Shown piece after piece: positions 1-8,702 of a stretch of 64,000 nt of DNA. Both the position numbers and the translations under genes were made by a program. How positions within the stretch are numbered: the first letter of the stretch is position 1; each line of letters begins with the position of its first letter. The notes under the pieces are model-generated. The model was given only the letters and a program-made list of their open reading frames with translations, made no database searches and was not told where the DNA came from. The DNA lies in the IMG/VR virus record IMGVR_UViG_3300044712_000123; one strand, given 5' to 3'. This DNA comes from a virus. Lineage: Duplodnaviria > Heunggongvirae > Uroviricota > Caudoviricetes.

Positions 1-2
1 GC

Positions 3-332
3 AATGCTGACGAGGCACGTAAAGCCCGTGAGCTAGATGCCTCATGGAAAGAACTTCAAAAGAAGTGGGACGTTGAAGCCGAAGACAAAAAGCGCAAACG
101 TGCTTTGGCTGCACAACCTTTGACCTACAATCTGTCAACACCAGTCGGTCGCTCGACCTCCAATCACATTCCTTCACGCAATACAGGTGAGGCAGGTACA
201 AGTACGTACAAAGCAAGCCCTCAATACACTGGTACTAAAATCAAAGGTATCGGTACGATGCACAAGTCAAATGCTGTGCCTGTATTCAGTGATGAGGAAG
301 CGCAAGATATCGCAAGGATGCGCCGTGGCTGA
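3..332 (+). CDS. 3' end of a gene that begins upstream of the window; hypothetical protein, Lys/Glu-rich then Ser/Thr-rich
   Basis: Open frame from the window edge to a stop at 332; no start codon inside the window. Confidence 0.4.
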   Translation, partial: NADEARKARELDASWKELQKKWDVEAEDKKRKRALAAQPLTYNLSTPVGRSTSNHIPSRNTGEAGTSTYKASPQYTGTKIKGIGTMHKSNAVPVFSDEEAQDIARMRRG

Positions 333-408
333 TGTTTACTTTGAAATAGCAGATGCCGCTATCTCGAAATTCGGGAGAAAGTATTTTGTTTCACATGAGG
401 TAGATAAT

Positions 409-576
409 ATGCCTTGGCAAACAAGGCGCGTTTCGTACCTACAATATAGTGAACGAGCATGGATGGAACAAGACGATAAAGTTTGGTTTATAAAAAATCG
501 TCATTTACCCAGTCCAACAGTTGACCTGAAAGAATTCATGTGGGTAAAACTTAGTGCGGAGACTGTTCGTGGTTGA
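409..576 (+). CDS. small hypothetical protein with a C-terminal KEFMWVKL motif (paralog A)
   Basis: ATG at 409 preceded by GAGG; the longer frame from 187 overlaps the upstream gene, so the internal start is preferred. It shares the DKVW and FMWVKL motifs with the 554..838 ORF. Confidence 0.3.
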   Translation: MPWQTRRVSYLQYSERAWMEQDDKVWFIKNRHLPSPTVDLKEFMWVKLSAETVRG

Positions 577-838
577 TTATAACTATTATTGTGAAGTCAC
601 ATATGACCGTGCTGATATCAAGCCGGGCATATATAGTTTTAGTTCGCAAAAGAATAGTCGTATAGGATACAATAGATTGATTACCCTTAGCGACAAAGTT
701 TGGCGACAAGGTCCTAAAGGTGGCGTAAAGATTATCAAAGACAGAGGTGCAACATATCACCCTGCTGGATATGTTACTACAGACGAGAAACTAATGAAGA
801 AATTCATGTGGGTCAAACTTCAGGCCCAATCATATTAA
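554..838 (+). CDS. small hypothetical protein with a C-terminal KKFMWVKL motif (paralog B)
   Basis: ORF on the track. It shares a 20-nt near-identical block (aattcatgtgggtNaaactt) with the 3' end of 409..576. Confidence 0.3.
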   Translation: MRRLFVVDYNYYCEVTYDRADIKPGIYSFSSQKNSRIGYNRLITLSDKVWRQGPKGGVKIIKDRGATYHPAGYVTTDEKLMKKFMWVKLQAQSY

Positions 839-1368
839 AGGAGTGTGATATGAACACGCAAGAATGGTTAGACAAAATTACATCAGACAAAGATAAATTG
901 ACTCATTGGCTTGAACGTCAGTTTATCGGTGAGATTACTGCGGCTAAGCGAATTCGCAAACTAGCTGACGAGGCTCCTGAAAAATTTAAACCCGTACTCA
1001 ATCGCATTGCCGATGATGAAGCACTACATGCATTCTGGGTCGGAGAGTTGCTCGTTGCTCGTAATATTCAGATTCCGTTAATCGAACATCCAGAAGATCG
1101 CTACTGGAAGCCTATTCTCAGCGAACTAGATACATTTGAAAAGACTGCGGCAGCAGGCCATCACGCCGAAGGTATGAGACTGGTTCGTATTCGTGCGTTA
1201 GCAGATTCAGACAAAGTGGATAATGATATCCGTGAAGTATTTCGTAAGATTCTACCAGACGAAGAATTCCACGAAGTAGCGTTTGTCAAAATGTCAAACG
1301 AGGAAGCAGTCAAGTATATGCAAGACAAGCATGAAGCTGGTCTTGAAATGCTTGGTCTAGAGATTTAA
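808..1368 (+). CDS. ferritin-like diiron-carboxylate protein
   Basis: Two ExxH motifs about 100 aa apart (DDEALHAF and DEEFHEVAF) plus HHAEG; an AGGAG ribosome-binding site lies before the ATG. Confidence 0.45.
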   Translation: MGQTSGPIILKECDMNTQEWLDKITSDKDKLTHWLERQFIGEITAAKRIRKLADEAPEKFKPVLNRIADDEALHAFWVGELLVARNIQIPLIEHPEDRYWKPILSELDTFEKTAAAGHHAEGMRLVRIRALADSDKVDNDIREVFRKILPDEEFHEVAFVKMSNEEAVKYMQDKHEAGLEMLGLEI

Positions 1369-2120
1369 TGACCAACCACTTCACTAACACTGACGGCTTT
1401 GTTGGATATAGTCCCGAATTCAGAGATGAACTATTCTTTCACGGCAAGGATAGTGAAGTAAACTTCGAAGCCAACAAAAAGAAACTAGGTGATAGTTGGT
1501 ACTATACCAACAACCAAATTACGTACAAAAGAAACAGTCTAGGTCATAGGTCAGGTGAGATACAAGACTTGAACCTAGACAATTATATTATTTGTACCGG
1601 CTGTAGTTTAACCGAAGGCATTGGAGTCGAAGTAGAAAATCGATACAGTAACCTATTACAAAAAGACTTAAACGTAGATGTTTACAACATGGGAGTTGCT
1701 AGTTCGGGAAACGATGTTATCGTTCTTAATCTATTAACTTGGTTAGCAAGAGTAGAAAAGAAACCCAAGTTCATTGTTATCCAATGGACTGATATACATA
1801 GATTCATGACTGATGACGTTCAACTAAAGGGATTGTGGTTGAACACTGAACCAGCAATAGAACAATTTTTTGGATCAGGTGATGAAATCAATTACTTCCT
1901 GAGCAAGTCTAAATACTTGAGAGGTCTATTGAAGACCGTAGTAAATACCCCTATCATTGAAATCCCCTGGTCGTCTAAATTTCCAAACACTGGAAGTCAA
2001 GCAGACACCATCTTACCTAAGACTAATTATTCAGACTACGGAAGAGATTTTATGCATCCGGGGATTGTCACACATCGGCGTTGGGCTGATATGATTGTCG
2101 AAAAAGCAAAACATTTTTAA
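1368..2120 (+). CDS. SGNH/GDSL-family hydrolase, paralog 1
   Basis: Block I TGCSLTEG (GDS-like, Ser retained), block III SGNDV (GxND) and block V DFMH (DxxH). The start overlaps the upstream stop as ATGA. Confidence 0.55.
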   Translation: MTNHFTNTDGFVGYSPEFRDELFFHGKDSEVNFEANKKKLGDSWYYTNNQITYKRNSLGHRSGEIQDLNLDNYIICTGCSLTEGIGVEVENRYSNLLQKDLNVDVYNMGVASSGNDVIVLNLLTWLARVEKKPKFIVIQWTDIHRFMTDDVQLKGLWLNTEPAIEQFFGSGDEINYFLSKSKYLRGLLKTVVNTPIIEIPWSSKFPNTGSQADTILPKTNYSDYGRDFMHPGIVTHRRWADMIVEKAKHF

Positions 2121-2139
2121 AAGGAAAAGCAAACCCAAA

Positions 2140-2355
2140 ATGGCTAAAGAAGAAGGTATCAAGATGGATGGTAAGGTAATCGATGTATTACCCAATGCTG
2201 TCTTTAGAGTCACATTAAACGCCGGTCAAACAGTGACTGGTTATATCTCTGGTAAAATGCGCAAGCATGATATCAAGATTCTGTTAGGTGACGTAGTAGA
2301 GATTGAATTCAGTCCATATGACCTGACTAAAGGACGAATCACAAGGCGCAGATAA
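2140..2355 (+). CDS. infA: translation initiation factor IF-1
   Basis: [26 protein letters not shown]...[24 protein letters not shown] is roughly 60% identical by eye to E. coli IF-1. ATG 2140 with an AAGGAAAAG ribosome-binding site is preferred over the TTG at 2095 used on the ORF track. Confidence 0.85.
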   Translation: MAKEEGIKMDGKVIDVLPNAVFRVTLNAGQTVTGYISGKMRKHDIKILLGDVVEIEFSPYDLTKGRITRRR

Positions 2356-2978
2356 TGCAGTTTTATGATAAGTTATTAGGCCATGATCCAGACCCTCAAT
2401 TCAATTCAAGAGGGCATCGTTCTAAAGAGATAGAAGAATTGAACCTGCACAATTACATATTATTTGTAGGTGACAATGTAGCTCTTGGGTTAGACAAACC
2501 TGTAGAAGAAACATTCCCTCATATTGTTAGTACAAAAATGAATGTTGACTATTACAACCTGTCTATCTTCAACGGTGGTCTAGACGCAATACGTTACAAT
2601 CTTCTAACTTGGAATCGTATTCAACCAATGAAACCCAGATTGATAATTGTGGCTTCTGAGTTTTTGAATTCATTCATTGTCAGTGACCCAAGTTACTCAT
2701 TTTGGTCAGCATGTGATTGTAATGATAGTAAAGTTATCGAGTTATTTGATGCAGGTAATCATAACGCATTCTTCACAACACGCCAATTATTGGCCGACAA
2801 ATTACTTCGAAACTCAATCAATACACCAATGTACCAAGTTGTGTTGAAAGACAAAATTCCATTGTTTGCAGACTATCCCAACAATATTATACATGATGGT
2901 GATTTAAAAGATCATGCATCGATAGCTGACCAGATAGTCAACAAATTTCAGAAACACACGAGGGCAGCTAGACCATGA
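2355..2978 (+). CDS. SGNH-like hydrolase paralog 2, with degenerate catalytic motifs
   Basis: Homologous to paralogs 1 and 3 (GHRSKEIEELNL.NYI). Block I is VGDNV, with Ser replaced by Asn, and block III is NGGLD. The start overlaps the infA stop. Confidence 0.5.
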   Translation: MQFYDKLLGHDPDPQFNSRGHRSKEIEELNLHNYILFVGDNVALGLDKPVEETFPHIVSTKMNVDYYNLSIFNGGLDAIRYNLLTWNRIQPMKPRLIIVASEFLNSFIVSDPSYSFWSACDCNDSKVIELFDAGNHNAFFTTRQLLADKLLRNSINTPMYQVVLKDKIPLFADYPNNIIHDGDLKDHASIADQIVNKFQKHTRAARP

Positions 2979-3715
2979 AATTCTATGACGACTTTATTGG
3001 TAATGGCGAAGAAAATGTAGTACTACCATTCACAGGCGGTGATTCCGAAAGACAGTTTTTAGAGAACCAAAAGAGAGTCCGCAAAGATTGGTATTACTTT
3101 GACCATCCTATTTCGTATTCCTACAATGAATATGGACATCGTTCTAAGAATATAAAAGACATTGACTTAGACAACTATGTAATTTTTACAGGATGTAGTC
3201 ACACTGTAGGAGTAGGGTTAGAATTAGAAAAAACGTTCCCCTACTTAGTTTCTCAAAAACTAGGGGTCGATTACTATAATATTGCTATGGCAGCAACTGG
3301 TATCGATGTTCTTGAATACAACTTGCTGACTTGGTTTGCAAAAGTAAAGAAGAAGCCTAAGTATGTATTTATCCAGTGGCCAGATCATAGTAGATTTGCA
3401 TCTTATCGAAAAGACTATGACTTGATGCACGAGGTTGGTAGCTGGTCTACTGATGTACATGATCGCAATTTGATGATTAACGGGGAAGACACTGGGTTAT
3501 TCTATGCTCGAAAAGAACTAGCCAGAAGACTGATAACTCAAACAGTAGACGCGCCCATTCACAGCTATGATTACGGTGGTCAACAACCCTACGGCACCTG
3601 GAATCACAAGCTACGTCACATTGATTGGGCTAGAGATTTATCACACACTGGCATAAAATCACATGCAAAATTTACTGATTTGTTGTGTGAGCACATTCAA
3701 TCGATAAATAGCTGA
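2975..3715 (+). CDS. SGNH/GDSL-family hydrolase, paralog 3
   Basis: TGCSHTVG (block I), TGIDV (block III) and DLSH (DxxH). Overlaps paralog 2 by 4 nt. Confidence 0.55.
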   Translation: MKFYDDFIGNGEENVVLPFTGGDSERQFLENQKRVRKDWYYFDHPISYSYNEYGHRSKNIKDIDLDNYVIFTGCSHTVGVGLELEKTFPYLVSQKLGVDYYNIAMAATGIDVLEYNLLTWFAKVKKKPKYVFIQWPDHSRFASYRKDYDLMHEVGSWSTDVHDRNLMINGEDTGLFYARKELARRLITQTVDAPIHSYDYGGQQPYGTWNHKLRHIDWARDLSHTGIKSHAKFTDLLCEHIQSINS

Positions 3716-4041
3716 TGTTAAGTATAACCGAATCAGCAAAAATCAAGATCGCCGATGTGTTGGCAGAAGAGAATAATCCTGCCATGCGCCTGCGAATGTA
3801 CATTCAGGGTGGAGGATGTTCAGGAATGAGTTATGGATTCACCCTTGATGACCAGAATAACGAAGACGATTTCGAAGTTCCTGCAGGTGATACTACTGTA
3901 TTAATCGATAGCATGAGTATGCAATATGTTGAAAATGCTACAATTGACTTTATCGATGACCTGCAGGGTTCTCGATTCAGCATCACTAATCCACAAGCAC
4001 AAACAACATGCGGATGCGGGAGTTCCTTTAGTCCTTATTGA
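3715..4041 (+). CDS. erpA: A-type iron-sulfur cluster carrier / insertion protein
   Basis: Close to E. coli ErpA/IscA along the whole length (YIQGGGCSGMSYGFTLDD...GSRFSITNPQAQTTCGCGSSF); the three conserved Cys are present. Confidence 0.9.
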   Translation: MLSITESAKIKIADVLAEENNPAMRLRMYIQGGGCSGMSYGFTLDDQNNEDDFEVPAGDTTVLIDSMSMQYVENATIDFIDDLQGSRFSITNPQAQTTCGCGSSFSPY

Positions 4042-4047
4042 TAAATA
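4039..4047 (+). promoter_or_regulatory. TGATAAATA motif, candidate late-type promoter element upstream of the tail-fibre gene
   Basis: Exact TGATAAATA, overlapping the erpA stop and 19 nt before the ATG at 4067. The motif recurs at 14518, 14568, 37598 and 51710. Confidence 0.25.
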
Positions 4048-4066
4048 CATCAATAAGGATTAAATT

Positions 4067-5293
4067 ATGGCGATTTCCGGTCAACAGGTCATTTTAGTTG
4101 GACTACAAAACGAGTCAGCTAACAGTGACTCACTATATGCTGCTTTTAACAAGACAGTAACTAACTTTGCAACATTATTTTCCTGTGCTAGCCCGTACAA
4201 TACTTTTGTGGGCAACTCGGGGATAACAGTAAATACTAGCCCAAGTTCTGGTACAGTGTATATTACTAATACTGGGGTAACCAGTCTGACACCAGGTACG
4301 GGTATTTCATTAAGTAGTAGTAATGGTAATGTTACTATCTCTAGTACCGGTGGCGGCGGAGGTGGAGGTGGTACCGTAACTAGCGTAGGTGTGACAACTG
4401 CGTCATCTAGTAGAATTACAGTTTTAGGTGGACCAATTGTTAGCTCTGGTAATATTCAACTAGATTTGGGTACAACTGGCGTGCTCGCAGGCAGCTATAC
4501 ATATCCTACTATGACAGTAGACTCATATGGTAGAGTGACTAGCATTTCTAGTGCGTCATCGACTGGTACAGTCACTAGTGTAGCAGTTAATCCAGGTACA
4601 GGGATTCAAGTTACAGGTAGTCCAATCACTACTTCAGGTACAATCAATATCACAAACACAGGTGTTACTCGTCTAAATGCCGGAACCGGTATCTCATTGA
4701 GTAGCAGTAACGGTAACATCACGGTATCAACAACGACTACCGGCGGAACTGTTACAAGTGTTGGAGTGTCCAGCACAACGTTAACTGTCTCAAATAGTCC
4801 TATTACAACAACTGGTACGATTACGATTGATTTACCTAGTACAATCAGTGTGTCGGGTAATGTCACTGGGGCAAATATTACGACTGCTGGATTAATTACA
4901 GCTACGGGTAACGTAACCGCAGGTAATTTAATATCACGTGGATCTATTACTTCAAATAATACAGGTGGTGTTGGTTATGCAACCGGAGCAGGTGGCACTG
5001 TAACTCAGATAACATCACGTACAACTGGTGTAACGATAAACAAGATATCTGGGGCAATTACTTTAGTATCAGCCGCAGGTACATCATCGTATACTACATT
5101 CACTGTCACAAACAGCACAGTGGCTGCGACTGACGTTATCATTATCAATCAAAAATCAGGTACTGACAAGTACGAGGCGTGGATCAGTAATGTGGCTGCT
5201 GGTAGCTTTAACGTCACATTTGCGGATACATCAGGTACAACAACTGAACAACCAGTATTCAACTTTGCTGTAATTAAAGCAGTAGCTGCATAA
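4067..5293 (+). CDS. tail-fibre-like structural protein (Gly/Ser/Thr-rich, with an internal duplication)
   Basis: Repeated ITNTGVT..GTGISLSSSNGN.T.S and GTVTSVGV units, a run of eight Gly, a low-complexity beta-rich composition, and an AAGGA ribosome-binding site. Confidence 0.55.
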   Translation: MAISGQQVILVGLQNESANSDSLYAAFNKTVTNFATLFSCASPYNTFVGNSGITVNTSPSSGTVYITNTGVTSLTPGTGISLSSSNGNVTISSTGGGGGGGGTVTSVGVTTASSSRITVLGGPIVSSGNIQLDLGTTGVLAGSYTYPTMTVDSYGRVTSISSASSTGTVTSVAVNPGTGIQVTGSPITTSGTINITNTGVTRLNAGTGISLSSSNGNITVSTTTTGGTVTSVGVSSTTLTVSNSPITTTGTITIDLPSTISVSGNVTGANITTAGLITATGNVTAGNLISRGSITSNNTGGVGYATGAGGTVTQITSRTTGVTINKISGAITLVSAAGTSSYTTFTVTNSTVAATDVIIINQKSGTDKYEAWISNVAAGSFNVTFADTSGTTTEQPVFNFAVIKAVAA

Positions 5294-5302
5294 GGAAAAC
5301 AA

Positions 5303-6643
5303 ATGGCAAACGCAACAATAAAAATAACACAACTGCCAAGTATCGGTAATGCTCTTGCAGCAAATACTGTTTTACCAGTAGTAAATACTGCAGGAACAGC
5401 AATCACACAGAAAACAACTGTGGGTAATATCGCAAACTTTGCACTTAGTCAAGCTGGTAATACTTTACCTCCGGCATTCTTGTCTACATTAGCATACACA
5501 GTAGCAAATGCTGCCCAGCCAAACATTACAAGCGTTGGTACATTGAATATTAATACGTTGCATATCTCTGGTGGTACTAACGGTCAATACTTACAAACAG
5601 ACGGGGCTGGTAATCTATCATGGGCTGTAGGTGGTAGCGGAGGCAACGGATCACCTGGTGGTTCAAATACTCAAGTTCAATTCAATACTAATGGTTTATT
5701 TGGCGCGGATGCCAACTTCACCTATGATTCTACTAGATCGATGCTTACTGTTTCATACCTTACCAGTACACCAAACGCTAACTTGTACGTATCTGCTAGC
5801 AACGGTGGTCCTACGTGGATTTTTGGCATAGGCGGAGCACTAGTATGGCCTGGTTCCGGCGACCATGCTATTGAATCAAACATTGATGAAGAATTTGAGA
5901 TTAGAAGTACCAACAATGTTGTAATCTCAACAGATATTGCTAACTCTAATAATCATTTTACATTTGCGAATGATGGTGTTGTTTATGCACCATCAAACGT
6001 TGTATTGGCAGGGTCAACATTGTTTGTGGGCCCGGGTGCCAATGCAATATCGTTAGTAAACCCAACGATGATTGTGACCAATAGTGCGTCTGATTACGTT
6101 CAATCTGCTATTATTAACTCTGGCAGTGGATCTGCTGACTGGATCGCATATGGCAACGCTGGAACAGATGCAGGGGCCTGGGGAGACATGGGTTTCACTA
6201 GCACTGGGTTTGCCGATGCAAACTACACCATTACAAAACCTGGTGATGGATATTTCTTTGTTCAAGGTTATGCTAATGATACAACCGGCGGTAATCTAGT
6301 TATTGCAACAGGTAATCATGGCAACACCAAAGACATTATCTTTGCTACGGGTGGTTTCTTAGCTGCCAATGAGTTTGCTAGAATTAGTGATTCGAACAAT
6401 GCATTAGAATTATATAACGGTGGAAACATCACCGGAGCAACTAAAATACGATCAACATATAGCCAGACTTCAGGGACTACTATTACGTTGCTCGGTAGTG
6501 CAGCCACTGCTGGAGCAGGAACACGTGCGTTTGTTACCGATGCTAACTTGGTAGCTGCTGGAAACTTCGGTGTAGTAGTATCTGGATCAGGTTCCAATGC
6601 AGTACCAGTGTACTCTGACGGTACGAATTGGCGAATCGGATAA
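5303..6643 (+). CDS. tail-fibre-like structural protein 2
   Basis: Gly/Asn/Thr/Ser-rich 446-aa protein directly downstream of 4067..5293 with an AAGGAAAA ribosome-binding site. A terminator follows. Confidence 0.5.
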   Translation: MANATIKITQLPSIGNALAANTVLPVVNTAGTAITQKTTVGNIANFALSQAGNTLPPAFLSTLAYTVANAAQPNITSVGTLNINTLHISGGTNGQYLQTDGAGNLSWAVGGSGGNGSPGGSNTQVQFNTNGLFGADANFTYDSTRSMLTVSYLTSTPNANLYVSASNGGPTWIFGIGGALVWPGSGDHAIESNIDEEFEIRSTNNVVISTDIANSNNHFTFANDGVVYAPSNVVLAGSTLFVGPGANAISLVNPTMIVTNSASDYVQSAIINSGSGSADWIAYGNAGTDAGAWGDMGFTSTGFADANYTITKPGDGYFFVQGYANDTTGGNLVIATGNHGNTKDIIFATGGFLAANEFARISDSNNALELYNGGNITGATKIRSTYSQTSGTTITLLGSAATAGAGTRAFVTDANLVAAGNFGVVVSGSGSNAVPVYSDGTNWRIG

Positions 6644-6654
6644 TCGAATTCATG

Positions 6655-6690
6655 CAACAAAAAGCCCCTCACTTGGGGCTTTTTTGTTTT
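6655..6690. terminator. bidirectional rho-independent terminator
   Basis: aaaAGCCCCtcacttGGGGCTtttttgtttt: a 6-bp GC stem flanked by an A-run and a T-run. It is shared by the convergent + strand fibre operon and the - strand gene 6669..6905. Confidence 0.75.
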
Positions 6691-6905
6691 CTAACAGTGA
6701 CCTTCATTTGTGACAACATATAGTCCGTATACTTGAAGTAGCACATTGCGGGCACTTCGATAAACGGATCTTCTACATAGAAGGGACAACCATTCTTCCA
6801 TTTGCCGTTATCTTTGAAATACTTCAACTCAAGTAAGTCTTCTTTGCTAGAAGGATCAAACTCACGGCGTGGATTAAAAGATCGGCGAAATGTTTTGAGG
6901 TTCAT
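6669..6905 (-). CDS. hypothetical protein
   Basis: ORF on the track; its stop lies in the loop of the terminator hairpin. Confidence 0.4.
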   Translation of the reverse strand: MNLKTFRRSFNPRREFDPSSKEDLLELKYFKDNGKWKNGCPFYVEDPFIEVPAMCYFKYTDYMLSQMKVTVRKQKSPK

Positions 6906-6906
6906 G

Positions 6907-7098
6907 TTATTCTCGTGGAATTACAGTTGCGGCTTCTTTGATAACTGCATAAACATCATCCAATGTTGGACAGACAATTTTTGCAGTCTTCCAGTCGTCA
7001 TCAGAGTCACGACCTGACACTTCAACCATGTACCCATTGTCGTACATATTGATGGTCAAGCTGTCACCGCACTTTGCTAGTTTGTCTGACAGCTTCAT
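6907..7098 (-). CDS. hypothetical protein
   Basis: ORF on the track, tightly packed with its neighbours. Confidence 0.35.
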   Translation of the reverse strand: MKLSDKLAKCGDSLTINMYDNGYMVEVSGRDSDDDWKTAKIVCPTLDDVYAVIKEAATVIPRE

Positions 7099-7100
7099 GA

Positions 7101-7499
7101 TTATGCTGGATCCACGTTGTGCAAGTCAACTGCATCGAGGATCTGTTCTGCGGTGACTTCTTTGTTTTTCTTACCACGTGCTTTGATAGCATCGAGGCTA
7201 GGCTTTTTAGTTGCCTTAACTTTGACAGTGCCCTTGCCTGCTTCTTTCTCCTTGTCTGCAAGAGAATCAGCAATTGTTGCCTGATCTGCGGCAGATTGAA
7301 AATCAGCATGGGATGCCAGATACTTGAGAGCTTCGATCTTTGTCATCTCACTCGGCAATTCAATCAGGTCAATGCGAGTGGCACCACCTTTACTGAATTG
7401 TTTGATACGGCGAACCATGTCATCAGTGAAACGAACCTTAGCATTGCCATTGTGAATAGTGATGCCAGCGACCTTGAAAGTTTGAGAAGTATTAGCCAT
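7101..7499 (-). CDS. hypothetical protein
   Basis: ORF with an AAGGAAACAA ribosome-binding site before the ATG. The C-terminal half is Lys/Ala-rich. Confidence 0.45.
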   Translation of the reverse strand: MANTSQTFKVAGITIHNGNAKVRFTDDMVRRIKQFSKGGATRIDLIELPSEMTKIEALKYLASHADFQSAADQATIADSLADKEKEAGKGTVKVKATKKPSLDAIKARGKKNKEVTAEQILDAVDLHNVDPA

Positions 7500-7555
7500 T
7501 TTGTTTCCTTTAAAGATTAGCTAAGTTGATAAAAATGTCTTGCGACATAGTTATA

Positions 7556-7584
7556 ATGATAACACAGGTGTGCTTTAAAGTCAA
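7556..7584 (-). promoter_or_regulatory. sigma70-like promoter (TTGACT, 17-nt spacer, TATCAT) for 7101..7499
   Basis: Reverse complement reads TTGACTttaaagcacacctgtgtTATCAT. The -35 box sits inside a 9-bp inverted repeat (cacaggtgt/acacctgtg). Confidence 0.4.
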
Positions 7585-7607
7585 CACCTGTGTTGCCCAT
7601 TATTCGT

Positions 7608-7763
7608 TAAACCGGGCAAGCCGATTCCGAGATTAGTAGACGACCGTACATACCTCGAGCCATTTGGATAGCTTGGTAAGGATCATTTGCAGTAATGTAC
7701 ATCCGGTCAAACCCTGCACCCGGTTCGTCTTTGTATTTCACGAGGACCCAATATTGATTCATT
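7608..7763 (-). CDS. small hypothetical protein (51 aa)
   Basis: ATG overlaps the upstream stop as ATGA; it is below the ORF-track length cutoff and was read by eye. Confidence 0.3.
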
Positions 7764-7992
7764 TCAAGTTACCTTTCAAAGTAAAGTTTGCCAACACAGA
7801 ACGAGCGAGGGAAAGATCCTCGGCATCGTCAAAAATTTCTGCCATTTTTACTACAGTTTCCGATCGAGCCTGACGAATGATTTCGATTGCGTATTCAACA
7901 TCATCCTGACTGATTGACGAATACCATTCATCAAATTGCTCGGGAGTGAGTGACATGATGAAGTGCAGGTTATTGCGATCCCAATCATTCAT
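7759..7992 (-). CDS. hypothetical protein
   Basis: ORF on the track. Its start overlaps the stop of the EHFGVEE-family gene, inside the conserved 26-nt coupling block. Confidence 0.4.
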   Translation of the reverse strand: MNDWDRNNLHFIMSLTPEQFDEWYSSISQDDVEYAIEIIRQARSETVVKMAEIFDDAEDLSLARSVLANFTLKGNLK

Positions 7993-8300
7993 TCTTCAAC
8001 TCCGAAATGTTCTTTGATATCTGAATCCACAAGGCCGTTGTTAATCTGAGATAAACGACCCACATACATACATTCCCGAACAATTTGTTCTGCAAACTGT
8101 TCCAGCCAGTGCTCAACTACTTTGCCGTCACTGGTATCAGTAAGCGCCTTTACAATCTCTTTGGGATCAACTTTGGCTTGCTTACGTAATTTAGAAATTA
8201 GTTCCTTGTTCATATTAAGCCTCAACAGTGTAGGGTTTGTTCCAAGTACCGATAGACACGTCCACATACCAGCCCACATCGAAGTAGTCAGTTTGGACAT
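7989..8300 (-). CDS. small protein of the paralogous FAE.IV.EC...KEHFGVEE family (copy 1)
   Basis: C-terminal IKEHFGVEE and internal FAEQIVRECMY are shared with 23549..23827 and 45341..45550, and the last 26 nt are identical in all three. The true start may be the internal MNKELISK. Confidence 0.5.
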   Translation of the reverse strand: MSKLTTSMWAGMWTCLSVLGTNPTLLRLNMNKELISKLRKQAKVDPKEIVKALTDTSDGKVVEHWLEQFAEQIVRECMYVGRLSQINNGLVDSDIKEHFGVEE

Positions 8301-8640
8301 CCGAATTATTGTGATTGCCTTTGTTCATAGCAGCCAGTACTTCGTTCAGGAAAGATACAGCCTTACCTGAGAAGTGTTCTTGATACCAGTAAGTATTCAC
8401 ATCCAGAGAACGTTCCTTGCGAACATACGCAATACGGTCATCAGACATTTTGTTACCGTAGGGCTTGTCTGCATCGGTCTTGATATAGTTTTCGATAAAG
8501 TCAATCGAACCACTCTTGATAGTCAAAACAAAAGACATGCTATTGCGCACAGAAAGAGAACCTTTGACACCGTACTTTTTCAGGATAGCTTTGATAGCTG
8601 GAGCACGTTCTTGTTTGCGGTCTTGATTGAAGTAAGCCAT
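8215..8640 (-). CDS. hypothetical protein
   Basis: ORF with an AAAGGA ribosome-binding site; a consensus promoter lies 34 nt upstream. Confidence 0.45.
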   Translation of the reverse strand: MAYFNQDRKQERAPAIKAILKKYGVKGSLSVRNSMSFVLTIKSGSIDFIENYIKTDADKPYGNKMSDDRIAYVRKERSLDVNTYWYQEHFSGKAVSFLNEVLAAMNKGNHNNSDVQTDYFDVGWYVDVSIGTWNKPYTVEA

Positions 8641-8673
8641 TTTCGAGTCCTTTTCTTTACTGTCTAAGATTCT

Positions 8674-8702
8674 ATTATATGCCCAAAACGATTTATTGTC
8701 AA
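8674..8702 (-). promoter_or_regulatory. consensus sigma70 promoter (TTGACA, 17-nt spacer, TATAAT), cassette copy 1
   Basis: Reverse complement reads TTGACAataaatcgttttgggcaTATAAT. The 34-mer is identical to the one at 25652..25680. Confidence 0.7.

Noticed and set aside
187-408. Long 129-aa ORF 187..576 overlapping the upstream gene.
   Set aside because: Its first 70 codons overlap 3..332 in another frame. An internal ATG at 409 with a GAGG ribosome-binding site gives a non-overlapping small gene.
2095-2139. TTG-initiated N-terminal extension of the IF-1 ORF ([15 protein letters not shown]) shown on the ORF track.
   Set aside because: The extension overlaps the end of the upstream gene. ATG 2140 has an AAGGAAAAG ribosome-binding site, and the bacterial IF-1 alignment starts there (MAKE...).
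3703-3710. GATAAATA octamers at 3703 (+) and 63601 (-) as additional TGATAAATA-class promoters.
   Set aside because: They lack the 5' T and lie only 4-5 nt from the start codon (the first lies inside the coding end of SGNH paralog 3). They do not fit the 54-62-nt spacing of the other copies.
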